Virus record (IMG/VR): IMGVR_UViG_3300027297_000001
Location: 1-34,504 of that record
Strand: one strand, 5' to 3'
Length of the DNA stretch: 34,504 nucleotides
DNA from: a virus
Below, in pieces: positions 27,572-34,504 of this stretch. The translations under genes and the position numbers were made by a program. The notes under the pieces were generated by a model. It was not told the origin of the DNA, did not search any database, and was given only the letters and a program-made list of their open reading frames with translations. The stretch's first letter is position 1. Every line of letters begins with the position of its first letter.

Positions 27572-30500
27572 TCAGAACGATTCGCAATCCCAATTCGCGC
27601 CCGCCGCCGAGGCCGACACTAAGACAGACCTGCAAGTGACGTGCTTTAAATTTGCAATCACAAGGGTTGTGTTAGTCCCATTCACGGTCTGGCCCGAAAT
27701 GGCGGCACCAATCGTGACTGTATTGGCCCCGGTTGTTTGGATGTTTTCTCCATTGCAAGTTTTCCCAACAAGCGGAATTGCATCCGGCAAATTAAGCTGA
27801 ATACTTCCGCCGGAGGGATCGGCTTGCCATCCCGCTCCACAGTCCGCATAGTTTAAATAGAGAGTCCCACCTACCGTTCCTGGCTTGAGGGCGCTGACAA
27901 TAATCCCCATTTTCGCGGCGGGCGTGATGTTCGCCGTCGCGGTGTATGCTCCCGCGACGCGCGCGATCATAGATTGTGTATTCATCGTGAATTGCACGCC
28001 CGACCCCGCCACGCTCGGAAGGAAATTGCCAGATTGATACCAACCAAGCGGCGGGTTTGTGTATACGGATGCGCTCAGTCCAGTTGCGCTATCTGCGAAG
28101 GTCGAAGCACGCAAAAAATCGTTAGCAACGGTTGTGGTAATGGATGGCGTGATGGCAGTTGTTTGAGACCCGGCGGTCGATCCGCATCCAGAGGCCACAT
28201 CAATGACCGAAGTGGTCGCGGTGCGCTGGTCCTCGGTCATGAAAATATTTACAGAGGAAGCGGCTGTACTCGAAAAAGTGATCGTCACGGTGGTTGCTCC
28301 ACCTACAGCATTCGGGGCACTGTAGCGAACAATGTTCAGATTTCCTCCGGACGGATACACGCAGGAAGCATGATCTGCAGTAAAAGTGTCTCCGGGACCA
28401 TCGGTGACTGTGGAAATTGTCGGCCCCCCCGTGAGCCACTGGATAGCCACACCGAGTGTACTTCCTGGAGTCACAGTGACCGGGAATGTGCATGTGGCCG
28501 TTGCAACACCTGGATTCCCGATGGTGCACGCATAATCGGGCTGAACCGTGTAAGGAAACACCGCATTTCCAACTTTGTAAATATTGGGCTGCGCGTTGGT
28601 TCCGAATGCCGCCGCGTCGTATTGAACATGGGCGCTCATATAGGGGCCGAGGTAGGCATCATCAGAAATTTGCGTGGGATGGATGTGGTCGGCTTGGAAA
28701 TAGGTTCCGCTTGACGATGCTCCATCCGCGCCAAGATTCGGTTGCGCAGCCCAATCCATGACATCGTTGCAAACAGTAGGCAGCGAGGCGCGCGCGAGCG
28801 TGTTGTACTGATTAATGATAGCGTCCGACGATCCCGTCCCCGCTTTGAGAGTGGTCGAAGCAATCGTATAAAATCCGGCCCTGGATGCCGCGCGGCACCA
28901 GGAAAGTTCATATTGGAGAGCCTGTTCGGGCGTTGCCAGTTCGCCTGCACGCAGATCATTTGTCGGCCCATCATTTAAGGCAATATTCCAAGGCGCAGTT
29001 GGCGTGAGATATTGCGGAAGCGTGGCAAGCGTGTCCTCGGAGCCAAGTTGAATGTACGTGTTGCTGTATGCTTGGTTCACAACATTCCAAGGTACTGTCC
29101 CTGGCAAATTGAGTCGATAGTTCATGGGGCCGTTAATCCCCTGTCCCACGACAATCGAGGTTCCTGTCAGGTTTAGCTTGTTGACTTGCGACGTGGCCAA
29201 GATCGGAAAATAACCTTCGATCTGCGCGAGTGATTGAAACGCCTGCCATTCTGCCGTGATTTGCGCCTGCGTGGGCGCAACGGTGAGGAATTCCATTCCA
29301 ATGACCGTCATACTGGAAAAAATGCCAGTGATACCCCAAGCAGTGCCAAAGAGTTGAACGTTCCCCGCACTCATCGCTCCAAAAGAGGAAGCAGGCGTAT
29401 AGCCTGCATAGGAATTCACTTTTTGATTATTGAGGTATAGCGCATCGGGGCTTCCAGGGATGAAAGTGATCATGCCCACGCCGTTGAGACCGTCCGGGCT
29501 GGTACTCGGTGCACCGCTGCCGATCGGTTGAATATCCAAGACATTAAATTGCCGTCCGGGCGCGCTATTGCTTAAATCTAAAATCAGGTTGTTATTGTTG
29601 GCCGCGTTGGTTCCGCCGAGAAGGACTTGATACATACCGCCAAATTGCGAACCGGCGACAACTGCCGCTTGCTGCATATAATTTCCAGGATCGTTGTAAG
29701 TAAGATAGATCAATACGGCGGCGTAATTCGATTGATTAAATGGAAACGTAACGGAGCAATTAGCATTAGTAGCGGTTATGCCGTAGGCTGGGCCGAGATT
29801 AAGTGTCACAGTTCCATTGACGCAGGCACCAATGGTGCCAGTGCGGTTGTTGCCAGAACTGTCTGCGATACTCGTACCGGAACCGTCTCGAAAGAGATAT
29901 CTGGCATAAACGCTCGTTCCCGTGAGCGCAAAAGGAATTGGCGGAATTGATGGTCCAGCATTGATCCAATTCGTCTGACACGTTCCACCGGAAGGCGCCG
30001 CGCTATCAAGCACCTGCCCGGCTGTGGGATTTGCGGTTGGCTGCAATAGAGCGCATGGACTAGCCGGCCCGATCGACGACGGTCCCGAGAAGATCGCAAA
30101 CTCATTTGCTGCGGGACTTCCAGTCGTCGTTACGGTTCCAAGAGTGGCGAAATTCGTCAGCTTCGGCGCTGCGGCGTTTAACGTGGCGCTGATATCCATC
30201 GTCACGCCAGTAATCGCGATGGTAACGGAAAAAGTCTGTGGGCCAGTTCCGAAAGGCCCTGGAATTCCGCCTTGATTGGAATTGACGGTGATCAACCATT
30301 GACTCAAAGCTGGTAGGATTTGCGAATTGTTTCCGAAATTTGCGGAGAAGTGGCCATTGGAATCGAGCGGGACGGTGTTGATCTGCCCGGAATAAGGAAG
30401 CACGACTCCGTTGTTATTTAACGTCCATCCGCCAGGCGATCCCGGAACGAGAACGGCGCTCATCGTTCCATTGCCATAAGGAATGCCATTCGGATCCGTG

Positions 30501-30610
30501 ACGGTCGCCGTGACGGTTGTGAACGGATTCGGAGTTCCCGAGACAGCCGCCGGAGACGTAAAAAGAAAAGCCCCGGCAAGCACCAGGGCTGCAAACAGAT
30601 TCTTTTTCAT
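27572..30610 (-). CDS. Large signal-peptide-bearing, Thr/Ser/Gly/Asn-rich protein with SGNH/GDSL-esterase-like central motifs (1012 aa); candidate receptor-binding/receptor-modifying spike
   Basis: The N-terminus MKKNLFAALVLAGAFLFTSPAAVSG is Sec-type. A beta-sandwich-like segment follows (TVTATVTDPNGIPYGNGTMSAVLVPG). SGNH-like blocks are LNLTGTSIVVGQG, NIALNDGPTNDL and YFQADHIHPTQISDDAYLG (DxxH). The remainder is beta-rich. Confidence 0.6.
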   Translation of the reverse strand: MKKNLFAALVLAGAFLFTSPAAVSGTPNPFTTVTATVTDPNGIPYGNGTMSAVLVPGSPGGWTLNNNGVVLPYSGQINTVPLDSNGHFSANFGNNSQILPALSQWLITVNSNQGGIPGPFGTGPQTFSVTIAITGVTMDISATLNAAAPKLTNFATLGTVTTTGSPAANEFAIFSGPSSIGPASPCALLQPTANPTAGQVLDSAAPSGGTCQTNWINAGPSIPPIPFALTGTSVYARYLFRDGSGTSIADSSGNNRTGTIGACVNGTVTLNLGPAYGITATNANCSVTFPFNQSNYAAVLIYLTYNDPGNYMQQAAVVAGSQFGGMYQVLLGGTNAANNNNLILDLSNSAPGRQFNVLDIQPIGSGAPSTSPDGLNGVGMITFIPGSPDALYLNNQKVNSYAGYTPASSFGAMSAGNVQLFGTAWGITGIFSSMTVIGMEFLTVAPTQAQITAEWQAFQSLAQIEGYFPILATSQVNKLNLTGTSIVVGQGINGPMNYRLNLPGTVPWNVVNQAYSNTYIQLGSEDTLATLPQYLTPTAPWNIALNDGPTNDLRAGELATPEQALQYELSWCRAASRAGFYTIASTTLKAGTGSSDAIINQYNTLARASLPTVCNDVMDWAAQPNLGADGASSSGTYFQADHIHPTQISDDAYLGPYMSAHVQYDAAAFGTNAQPNIYKVGNAVFPYTVQPDYACTIGNPGVATATCTFPVTVTPGSTLGVAIQWLTGGPTISTVTDGPGDTFTADHASCVYPSGGNLNIVRYSAPNAVGGATTVTITFSSTAASSVNIFMTEDQRTATTSVIDVASGCGSTAGSQTTAITPSITTTVANDFLRASTFADSATGLSASVYTNPPLGWYQSGNFLPSVAGSGVQFTMNTQSMIARVAGAYTATANITPAAKMGIIVSALKPGTVGGTLYLNYADCGAGWQADPSGGSIQLNLPDAIPLVGKTCNGENIQTTGANTVTIGAAISGQTVNGTNTTLVIANLKHVTCRSVLVSASAAGANWDCESF

Positions 30611-30654
30611 GGACCTGACCTTTCGGCCGCCGCGGCGGCCCCTTCCCTTCCCTA

Positions 30655-30700
30655 TTACCGCGAAAGCGCCTCTTACCGAGGCTTTCCGCTCAAAATCTCC
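30655..30700 (-). promoter_or_regulatory. Nested-hairpin RNA motif B, copy 5 (inner stem fully covaried)
   Basis: In gene sense: gggagattttgaGCGgAAAG-CCTC-GGTAA-GAGG-cg-CTTTCGC-GGTAA. It starts right after the stop at 30701-30703 and lies 44 nt before ATG 30610. Confidence 0.6.
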
Positions 30701-31876
30701 CTACTGATAGTTCACCGTGAAATCGATCGAGGCGCTGCTCGCCTTCACGCAAATTCCATTCAGAAAAAGATTGTCGTAAATCTCGGGCGGCGGTGTCGTT
30801 GTGGCGATCGAGGTGATCACCGAAACCACGTTCGTCGCCGGCGTGCCTGTGCAGCTTCCCGGCGCGAGATCGAATAGCGTGATCGTGCCCGCGGCTGGCG
30901 TGCCGATCACCACGGAGTGCACGGTTCCCGGGCCGGGTTTGATTTCCGTCGCCGTCGTGCTCGCCAAATGCGAATAGCTGTTCGGCATCTGGAAGCCTGG
31001 CGGCAGGAAAATATAGTCCATCGTGAAGACGTTTGCATTCGCCCCACCAGCGGTGTAAACGATCAGCACGTTCACGCATGGAAGAGGCGGGACATCGAAA
31101 AATTGAGCGCCCGCGCTCGTGGACGGCGTGAAGGTAAGATTGGTGGGATTGACATTCGTCGACGGAGAGCACTCCACAACGATCGTCGAACCGGACGGCC
31201 CCGAACCGCCCACATAGGCAAACGAAATATAGCCGTACGCGCTTCCCAAAGGGGTTTGCGAAACCCCGGAAACCACGCTCACGCCAGCCGGCGCGTTCGC
31301 TGCAATCACTTTATCCAGTTGCGCGACTTGATAGGCGCCCACGGTTTGCACTGGCTCGGCCTGCGAACCTGAATAACTGAGTAAAAAAGTTCCGGTGTTG
31401 GGAACGCAGGTGATCTGAACTTCCACAGTGGGGAAATATCCCGATGCCGTGACTGCCGCATTCGATCCTACGCCAGCCTGGCCTTGCGTTGCGGTATCCG
31501 AAATCAGGTACGTTGTCCCGCTGCTATCCACGCCATAAATTGCCATCGCCATCGAAGCCACGCCAGCCGTCTTCGCGTAGGCGTGATGCTGCGTTTGGTT
31601 GCGATTGTTTACGGGAAAGGTTTGCGTCGATCCCGTGCAAGCTGTCCCTGCGGGCGCTAATGTTTGCTGGACTGGAACGATGCTTACCGGCGTCTGCGCC
31701 ATCGCGGGACGCGCGGCAAATCCCGCAAGAGCGAACAGAAGGACGAGCGAGCCGCCCAGCTTCGCGAGCCGTTTCTTTAGCGAGGGAATGAAGGCGCGCG
31801 GCGTCTTCCGGTTGCGCAGGGCCTTTTTGATTCCCTGAATTTGCTTGTCTTTCGGGATGTTCATTCTTCGCTTCAT
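30701..31876 (-). CDS. Signal-peptide-bearing beta-rich protein (391 aa)
   Basis: A basic N-terminus is followed by LGGSLVLLFALAGFAARPAMAQ (AxA-type cleavage context). The remainder is Thr/Ser/Gly/Val-rich and beta-like. Confidence 0.65.
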   Translation of the reverse strand: MKRRMNIPKDKQIQGIKKALRNRKTPRAFIPSLKKRLAKLGGSLVLLFALAGFAARPAMAQTPVSIVPVQQTLAPAGTACTGSTQTFPVNNRNQTQHHAYAKTAGVASMAMAIYGVDSSGTTYLISDTATQGQAGVGSNAAVTASGYFPTVEVQITCVPNTGTFLLSYSGSQAEPVQTVGAYQVAQLDKVIAANAPAGVSVVSGVSQTPLGSAYGYISFAYVGGSGPSGSTIVVECSPSTNVNPTNLTFTPSTSAGAQFFDVPPLPCVNVLIVYTAGGANANVFTMDYIFLPPGFQMPNSYSHLASTTATEIKPGPGTVHSVVIGTPAAGTITLFDLAPGSCTGTPATNVVSVITSIATTTPPPEIYDNLFLNGICVKASSASIDFTVNYQ

Positions 31877-31878
31877 TT

Positions 31879-31920
31879 TTACCGCGAAAGCTTCCCTTAC
31901 CGGGGACTTCCGCTCTCTCC
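31879..31920 (-). promoter_or_regulatory. Nested-hairpin RNA motif B, copy 4
   Basis: In gene sense: ggagagaGCGGAAG-TCCCC-GGTAA-GGGAA-g-CTTTCGC-GGTAA, then AA, then ATG (31876). Confidence 0.6.
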
Positions 31921-31930
31921 TAACTTATCG

Positions 31931-32647
31931 CTACCAGGCGACGGAACGATCCGTCGCTTCGAATTGATCGTCCCACGTCCGCGGATAGAAATATCCGCCC
32001 AGGAGCGCGCCTACTTCCTCGCCGGACACGGGAAGTGACACATTCTGAAAAACCCACTGGATGATGTCGTTTTCAAAAATGCGGATCCCGGAGATGCGCG
32101 CCGGGCTGGCGATGAGGCCGTAAGACGCGAGCACGTTCTGATAGTTGCGCTCGGCAAAGCCTCCCGTATTCGGCCCTGCGCTGGGATTGCGCACGATCTG
32201 CCAGATCGCGGCCCCGGAAAAATCGGACCATGCGCCGCCTACCACCACATTTGCGATACGATTCAGCACGCCGTTACGGCCTGGCGGGCAGGTGATCGAA
32301 ACGACTGTGTGATACACGCCATCCGCGGCGGGGATGAGAATTCCGCCGCCAAGATGAAAAGATTCGGAGTCCGGCGGTTCGATCAGCCACGGCGCGGCGA
32401 TTAACCGCGTGGAACGCTGGACTTGCTGCATCACGCTCTGAACGGAATTGATCGCGTCGATCGTGGGATCGTCGGAAGCCGCCGGCGCGGCGGGCGGACG
32501 CAGCACTAGATTCGGCTGGATGGAGCGATCGGCGCGCCGCTTATACGGCCAGGTAGTTTTCTCGATCGAAGACGCGGCCGCGTCCGTCCCGTTCGGTTGC
32601 CCGGCGGCGTCCGATGGGCTTGTGGTAACGAGTGTTTCGTAGGCCAT
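31931..32647 (-). CDS. Beta-rich capsid-module protein (238 aa)
   Basis: ATG 32645-32647, 1 nt after the upstream stop. Sequence ...GVYHTVVSITCPPGRNGVLNRIANVVVGGAWSDFSGAAIWQIVRNP...ISGIRIFENDIIQWVFQNVSLPV. Confidence 0.6.
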   Translation of the reverse strand: MAYETLVTTSPSDAAGQPNGTDAAASSIEKTTWPYKRRADRSIQPNLVLRPPAAPAASDDPTIDAINSVQSVMQQVQRSTRLIAAPWLIEPPDSESFHLGGGILIPAADGVYHTVVSITCPPGRNGVLNRIANVVVGGAWSDFSGAAIWQIVRNPSAGPNTGGFAERNYQNVLASYGLIASPARISGIRIFENDIIQWVFQNVSLPVSGEEVGALLGGYFYPRTWDDQFEATDRSVAW

Positions 32648-32648
32648 G

Positions 32649-33152
32649 TTAGCTTCTCCACCAGGCCGAATAGCCGAAGAGGCTCACGCTCACGGTGTTC
32701 GGATTCGCGCCGTCGAGATTTTGGATCCGGCAATTCACGGGCGAACCGTTGGCGATGAAGTGCGGAATTTTCAGCAAGCCAGGTTCCTTGCCGTTCGTCG
32801 TGAAGAGAACCTGATCCACGCCGTATTTTCCCCACTTGTACCCGAGCAAATCTTCGTAGATGAGCGCGCGAAAGGAACCGGATGCCGCGGCAAGGCCGGA
32901 CGTGGCATGCGCCAGAATCGCGACCAGCCAGAAATCCTCTTGGATGGTGACGCGCGCGAGGTCGGTTTCTCCGGCGGTCAAAATCAGCGGTTGAAACGCG
33001 TACCAGTAGAGATGCGCGCCGGCGAGCGAGAGCCGAACCCATTGCGGCGGAACCCATCCCGACGAAACGAGTTTTCTGCGATTCTGCCAGGCCCCGAGCG
33101 TGGGAGACATTCTCGCGCCGGGTACATGGCCTTGCGTCCAGGGGTTAATCAT
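32649..33152 (-). CDS. Small beta-rich capsid-like protein (167 aa), paralog of 33217..33825
   Basis: ATG 33150-33152 directly after hairpin A copy 3. Sequence EDFWLVAILAHATS...LFTTNGKEPGLLKIPHFIANGSPVNCRIQNLDGANPNTVSVSLFGY. Confidence 0.6.
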   Translation of the reverse strand: MINPWTQGHVPGARMSPTLGAWQNRRKLVSSGWVPPQWVRLSLAGAHLYWYAFQPLILTAGETDLARVTIQEDFWLVAILAHATSGLAAASGSFRALIYEDLLGYKWGKYGVDQVLFTTNGKEPGLLKIPHFIANGSPVNCRIQNLDGANPNTVSVSLFGYSAWWRS

Positions 33153-33190
33153 TTTATTTCGCGCACTCCATGTGCGCAATTCCTTTCCTC
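33153..33190 (-). promoter_or_regulatory. Hairpin motif A, copy 3
   Basis: In gene sense: GAGGAAAGGAATT-GCGCAC-ATGGA-GTGCGC-GAAATAAA-ATG. The hairpin is at 33161-33177. Confidence 0.6.
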
Positions 33191-33216
33191 ACGGATCGCG
33201 CGTCACGAACCACGAA

Positions 33217-33825
33217 TCACTGTTGCGACGGCACTGCGCCCAGCTGCGCGGCTTGCGCGGCCGGGAACAGCTTATATCCCCAAAAACTGATCTGGATCGT
33301 GTTCGCTGCGCCGCTCGTATTCACGATCGAAATGTTGTACACGCGCTTTTTGGGAAGAAGCTGCGGGATCAAGCCCGCCGGAAATGGAAGCTGCGCGCTG
33401 CCGGCGAAGAGATCGATATTTACGGGCGCGCTCATCCAGGAAAGGCCGCCCGAGCCGCCCTCGGTGACGTTCACGGTCGCGAGCGCGCTCGTGTAGTCCG
33501 CCAGCAACATCAAAAGCTGGAAATCGGCGTCGCTATCGATTTGAATCGTCTGCGCGATGGTTCCATTTCCCGCGAACGTGAAATTCGCGATGTAGTGGAA
33601 CATTTTCGCGATATAGAGATTCCCCCCGAGTTCCTGCAGTTGCGGATCGTTCATCAATTCGTTCAATTGATCCTGCGAAAGCGGCGCGCCCTGCGAAGCG
33701 CCCATCGGCACGGGCAAACGCCTCGCGTGATCCAGCGCGAATCGATCCACGTCCAGCATCGACTTGAATTTTGCGATCCCATCCTTAAACTTTTCGTTCG
33801 TATCCACGGTAGAAAATCCCTTCAT
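33217..33825 (-). CDS. Beta-rich capsid-like protein (202 aa)
   Basis: ATG 33823-33825. Sequence DADFQLLMLLADYTS...VNIDLFAGSAQLPFPAGLIPQLLPKKRVYNISIVNTSGAANTIQISFWGYK shares the pattern DF-x-L...LA..TS...LF...P...N..GA..NT(I/V)x(I/V)S..GY with 32649..33152. Confidence 0.6.
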   Translation of the reverse strand: MKGFSTVDTNEKFKDGIAKFKSMLDVDRFALDHARRLPVPMGASQGAPLSQDQLNELMNDPQLQELGGNLYIAKMFHYIANFTFAGNGTIAQTIQIDSDADFQLLMLLADYTSALATVNVTEGGSGGLSWMSAPVNIDLFAGSAQLPFPAGLIPQLLPKKRVYNISIVNTSGAANTIQISFWGYKLFPAAQAAQLGAVPSQQ

Positions 33826-33845
33826 CGCTCGCCTGCGTACTGCGT

Positions 33846-33917
33846 GCGGGCCGCGGCGCCTTCGCGCTTACGGCCCGCGATCGAGTTTTCTCGGCGTCCG
33901 CGCAATGCCACGCCGAG
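33846..33917 (-). other. Two GC-rich stem-loops downstream of the junction-spanning capsid-like gene
   Basis: ctcggcgt (33890-33897) / acgccgag (33910-33917), and gcgggccg (33846-33853) / cggcccgc (33871-33878). There is no U-tract in the gene sense. Confidence 0.4.
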
Positions 33918-33939
33918 GGTCCGCACGCGGTTCCAGTTT

Positions 33940-34504
33940 CTAGAGAACCGCGCGCGCCTTCTGACCTTCCAGGTACACGAACGCATTGATTCCCGTCCCG
34001 ATGGGCACGGTGTTGTTTGCATTCGTGGTGAAGCCCGTGGCTTGCGCCCAGGCCGCCTGCGTGGGATCGACTTCGACCCTGAACGCCTGTTGCTGCGCGA
34101 TCAGGATTCCATCGATGTTCGGGAACTGGTCGACGCCGGGAGTTCCGTCGCATCCGGGATCCGTCAGACGGAATCCCTGGTGCTCCGAAGGCAGCCCATT
34201 GCCCACAGCCCCGATGATCGTGTTCGCCGCCGTGGCGCCAAATTGCTGCGCCCACACGCCGCCGCCTGCCGGCAATTTCGCCAGCACGCCCACCACAAAG
34301 AACGACTTCGTGGAAATGAAGAAGTTCACGATGGTCTGGCTTCCGAAGCGAACCATATCGAACTGGTTCACGTTGTTATCGACGAATACGGTGATCCCGC
34401 GAACAAGCATGCGCTCCGGTGCCTGCAACTGCGCCGATTGCTGCATGCTCGTCATTTGCAGGGTTTTCGTCACGGTCGCGCCGCCGGTGATGGTGAATGG
34501 ATTG
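33940..34504 (-). CDS. Capsid-like beta-rich structural protein, C-terminal part (same gene as 1..296; runs through the 99-nt overlap)
   Basis: The frame is open to the window end. The 'M' at 34473 in the track is an internal GTG (Val). Sequence ...FDMVRFGSQTIVNFFISTKSFFVVGVLAKLP...GILIAQQQAFRVEVDPTQ...NAFVYLEGQKARAVL. Confidence 0.65.
   Translation of the reverse strand, partial: NPFTITGGATVTKTLQMTSMQQSAQLQAPERMLVRGITVFVDNNVNQFDMVRFGSQTIVNFFISTKSFFVVGVLAKLPAGGGVWAQQFGATAANTIIGAVGNGLPSEHQGFRLTDPGCDGTPGVDQFPNIDGILIAQQQAFRVEVDPTQAAWAQATGFTTNANNTVPIGTGINAFVYLEGQKARAVL
34406..34504. repeat. Terminal direct repeat; identical to 1-99
   Basis: See feature 1..99. Confidence 0.9.

Noticed and set aside
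1-34504. tRNA genes, integrase/attachment sites, transposases, toxin-antitoxin pairs and known defence systems
   Set aside because: Inspection by eye of the few non-coding gaps and of all ORF translations showed no cloverleaf-like sequence, no recombinase motifs and no recognisable defence genes. A tRNAscan/HMM run is needed to be certain.

Overview
Bases 1-99 are identical to 34406-34504, so this window is a complete circular virus-like replicon assembled with a 99-nt overlap (34,405 unique bp). One structural gene crosses the junction. The sequence is GC-rich and almost fully coding. Two arms diverge at 6833-6992 and converge at about 20850. The plus arm (6993-20853) carries an unknown 428-aa protein, a DnaB-N-domain/RecA-like helicase with a C-terminal HTH, and an AT-rich iteron/operator region. 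It also carries many mini-proteins (several zinc ribbons), a hexanucleotide-repeat protein, a HerA/FtsK-like P-loop ATPase ending in a winged helix, a frame-broken C5 cytosine methyltransferase and an SPPY-type N4/N6 methyltransferase. The minus arm (6832->1, then 34405->20850) starts with a transglutaminase-like cysteine protease. It continues with a translationally coupled run of paralogous C-terminally anchored membrane proteins and four beta-rich capsid-like proteins. After these come two signal-peptide-bearing large proteins (one of 1012 aa with SGNH-esterase-like motifs), a GT-A glycosyltransferase, a membrane-anchored lytic transglycosylase and an M15 peptidase. I saw no portal, large terminase, HK97-type capsid, tape measure, tail, integrase, tRNA or CRISPR array. 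My reading, which is inference, is an undescribed tailless, membrane-containing bacteriophage of a diderm, GC-rich host. The signals most worth a second look are: (1) the protease plus a recurrent [LMVF]-R-G-[LMI]-G motif in the leader-like N-termini of the downstream membrane proteins; (2) a five-copy nested-hairpin RNA motif with compensatory changes and GNRA-like pentaloops; (3) a three-copy hairpin placed between an SD-like tract and the AUG; (4) a 10-copy AAATGCCCA iteron field with TGACA-N5-TGTCA operators; (5) a 44-unit hexanucleotide repeat inside a CDS; (6) a Tat-signal protein carrying a copy of the capsid-like protein's N-terminal arm; (7) a +1 frame break in the C5 methyltransferase at a T-run.
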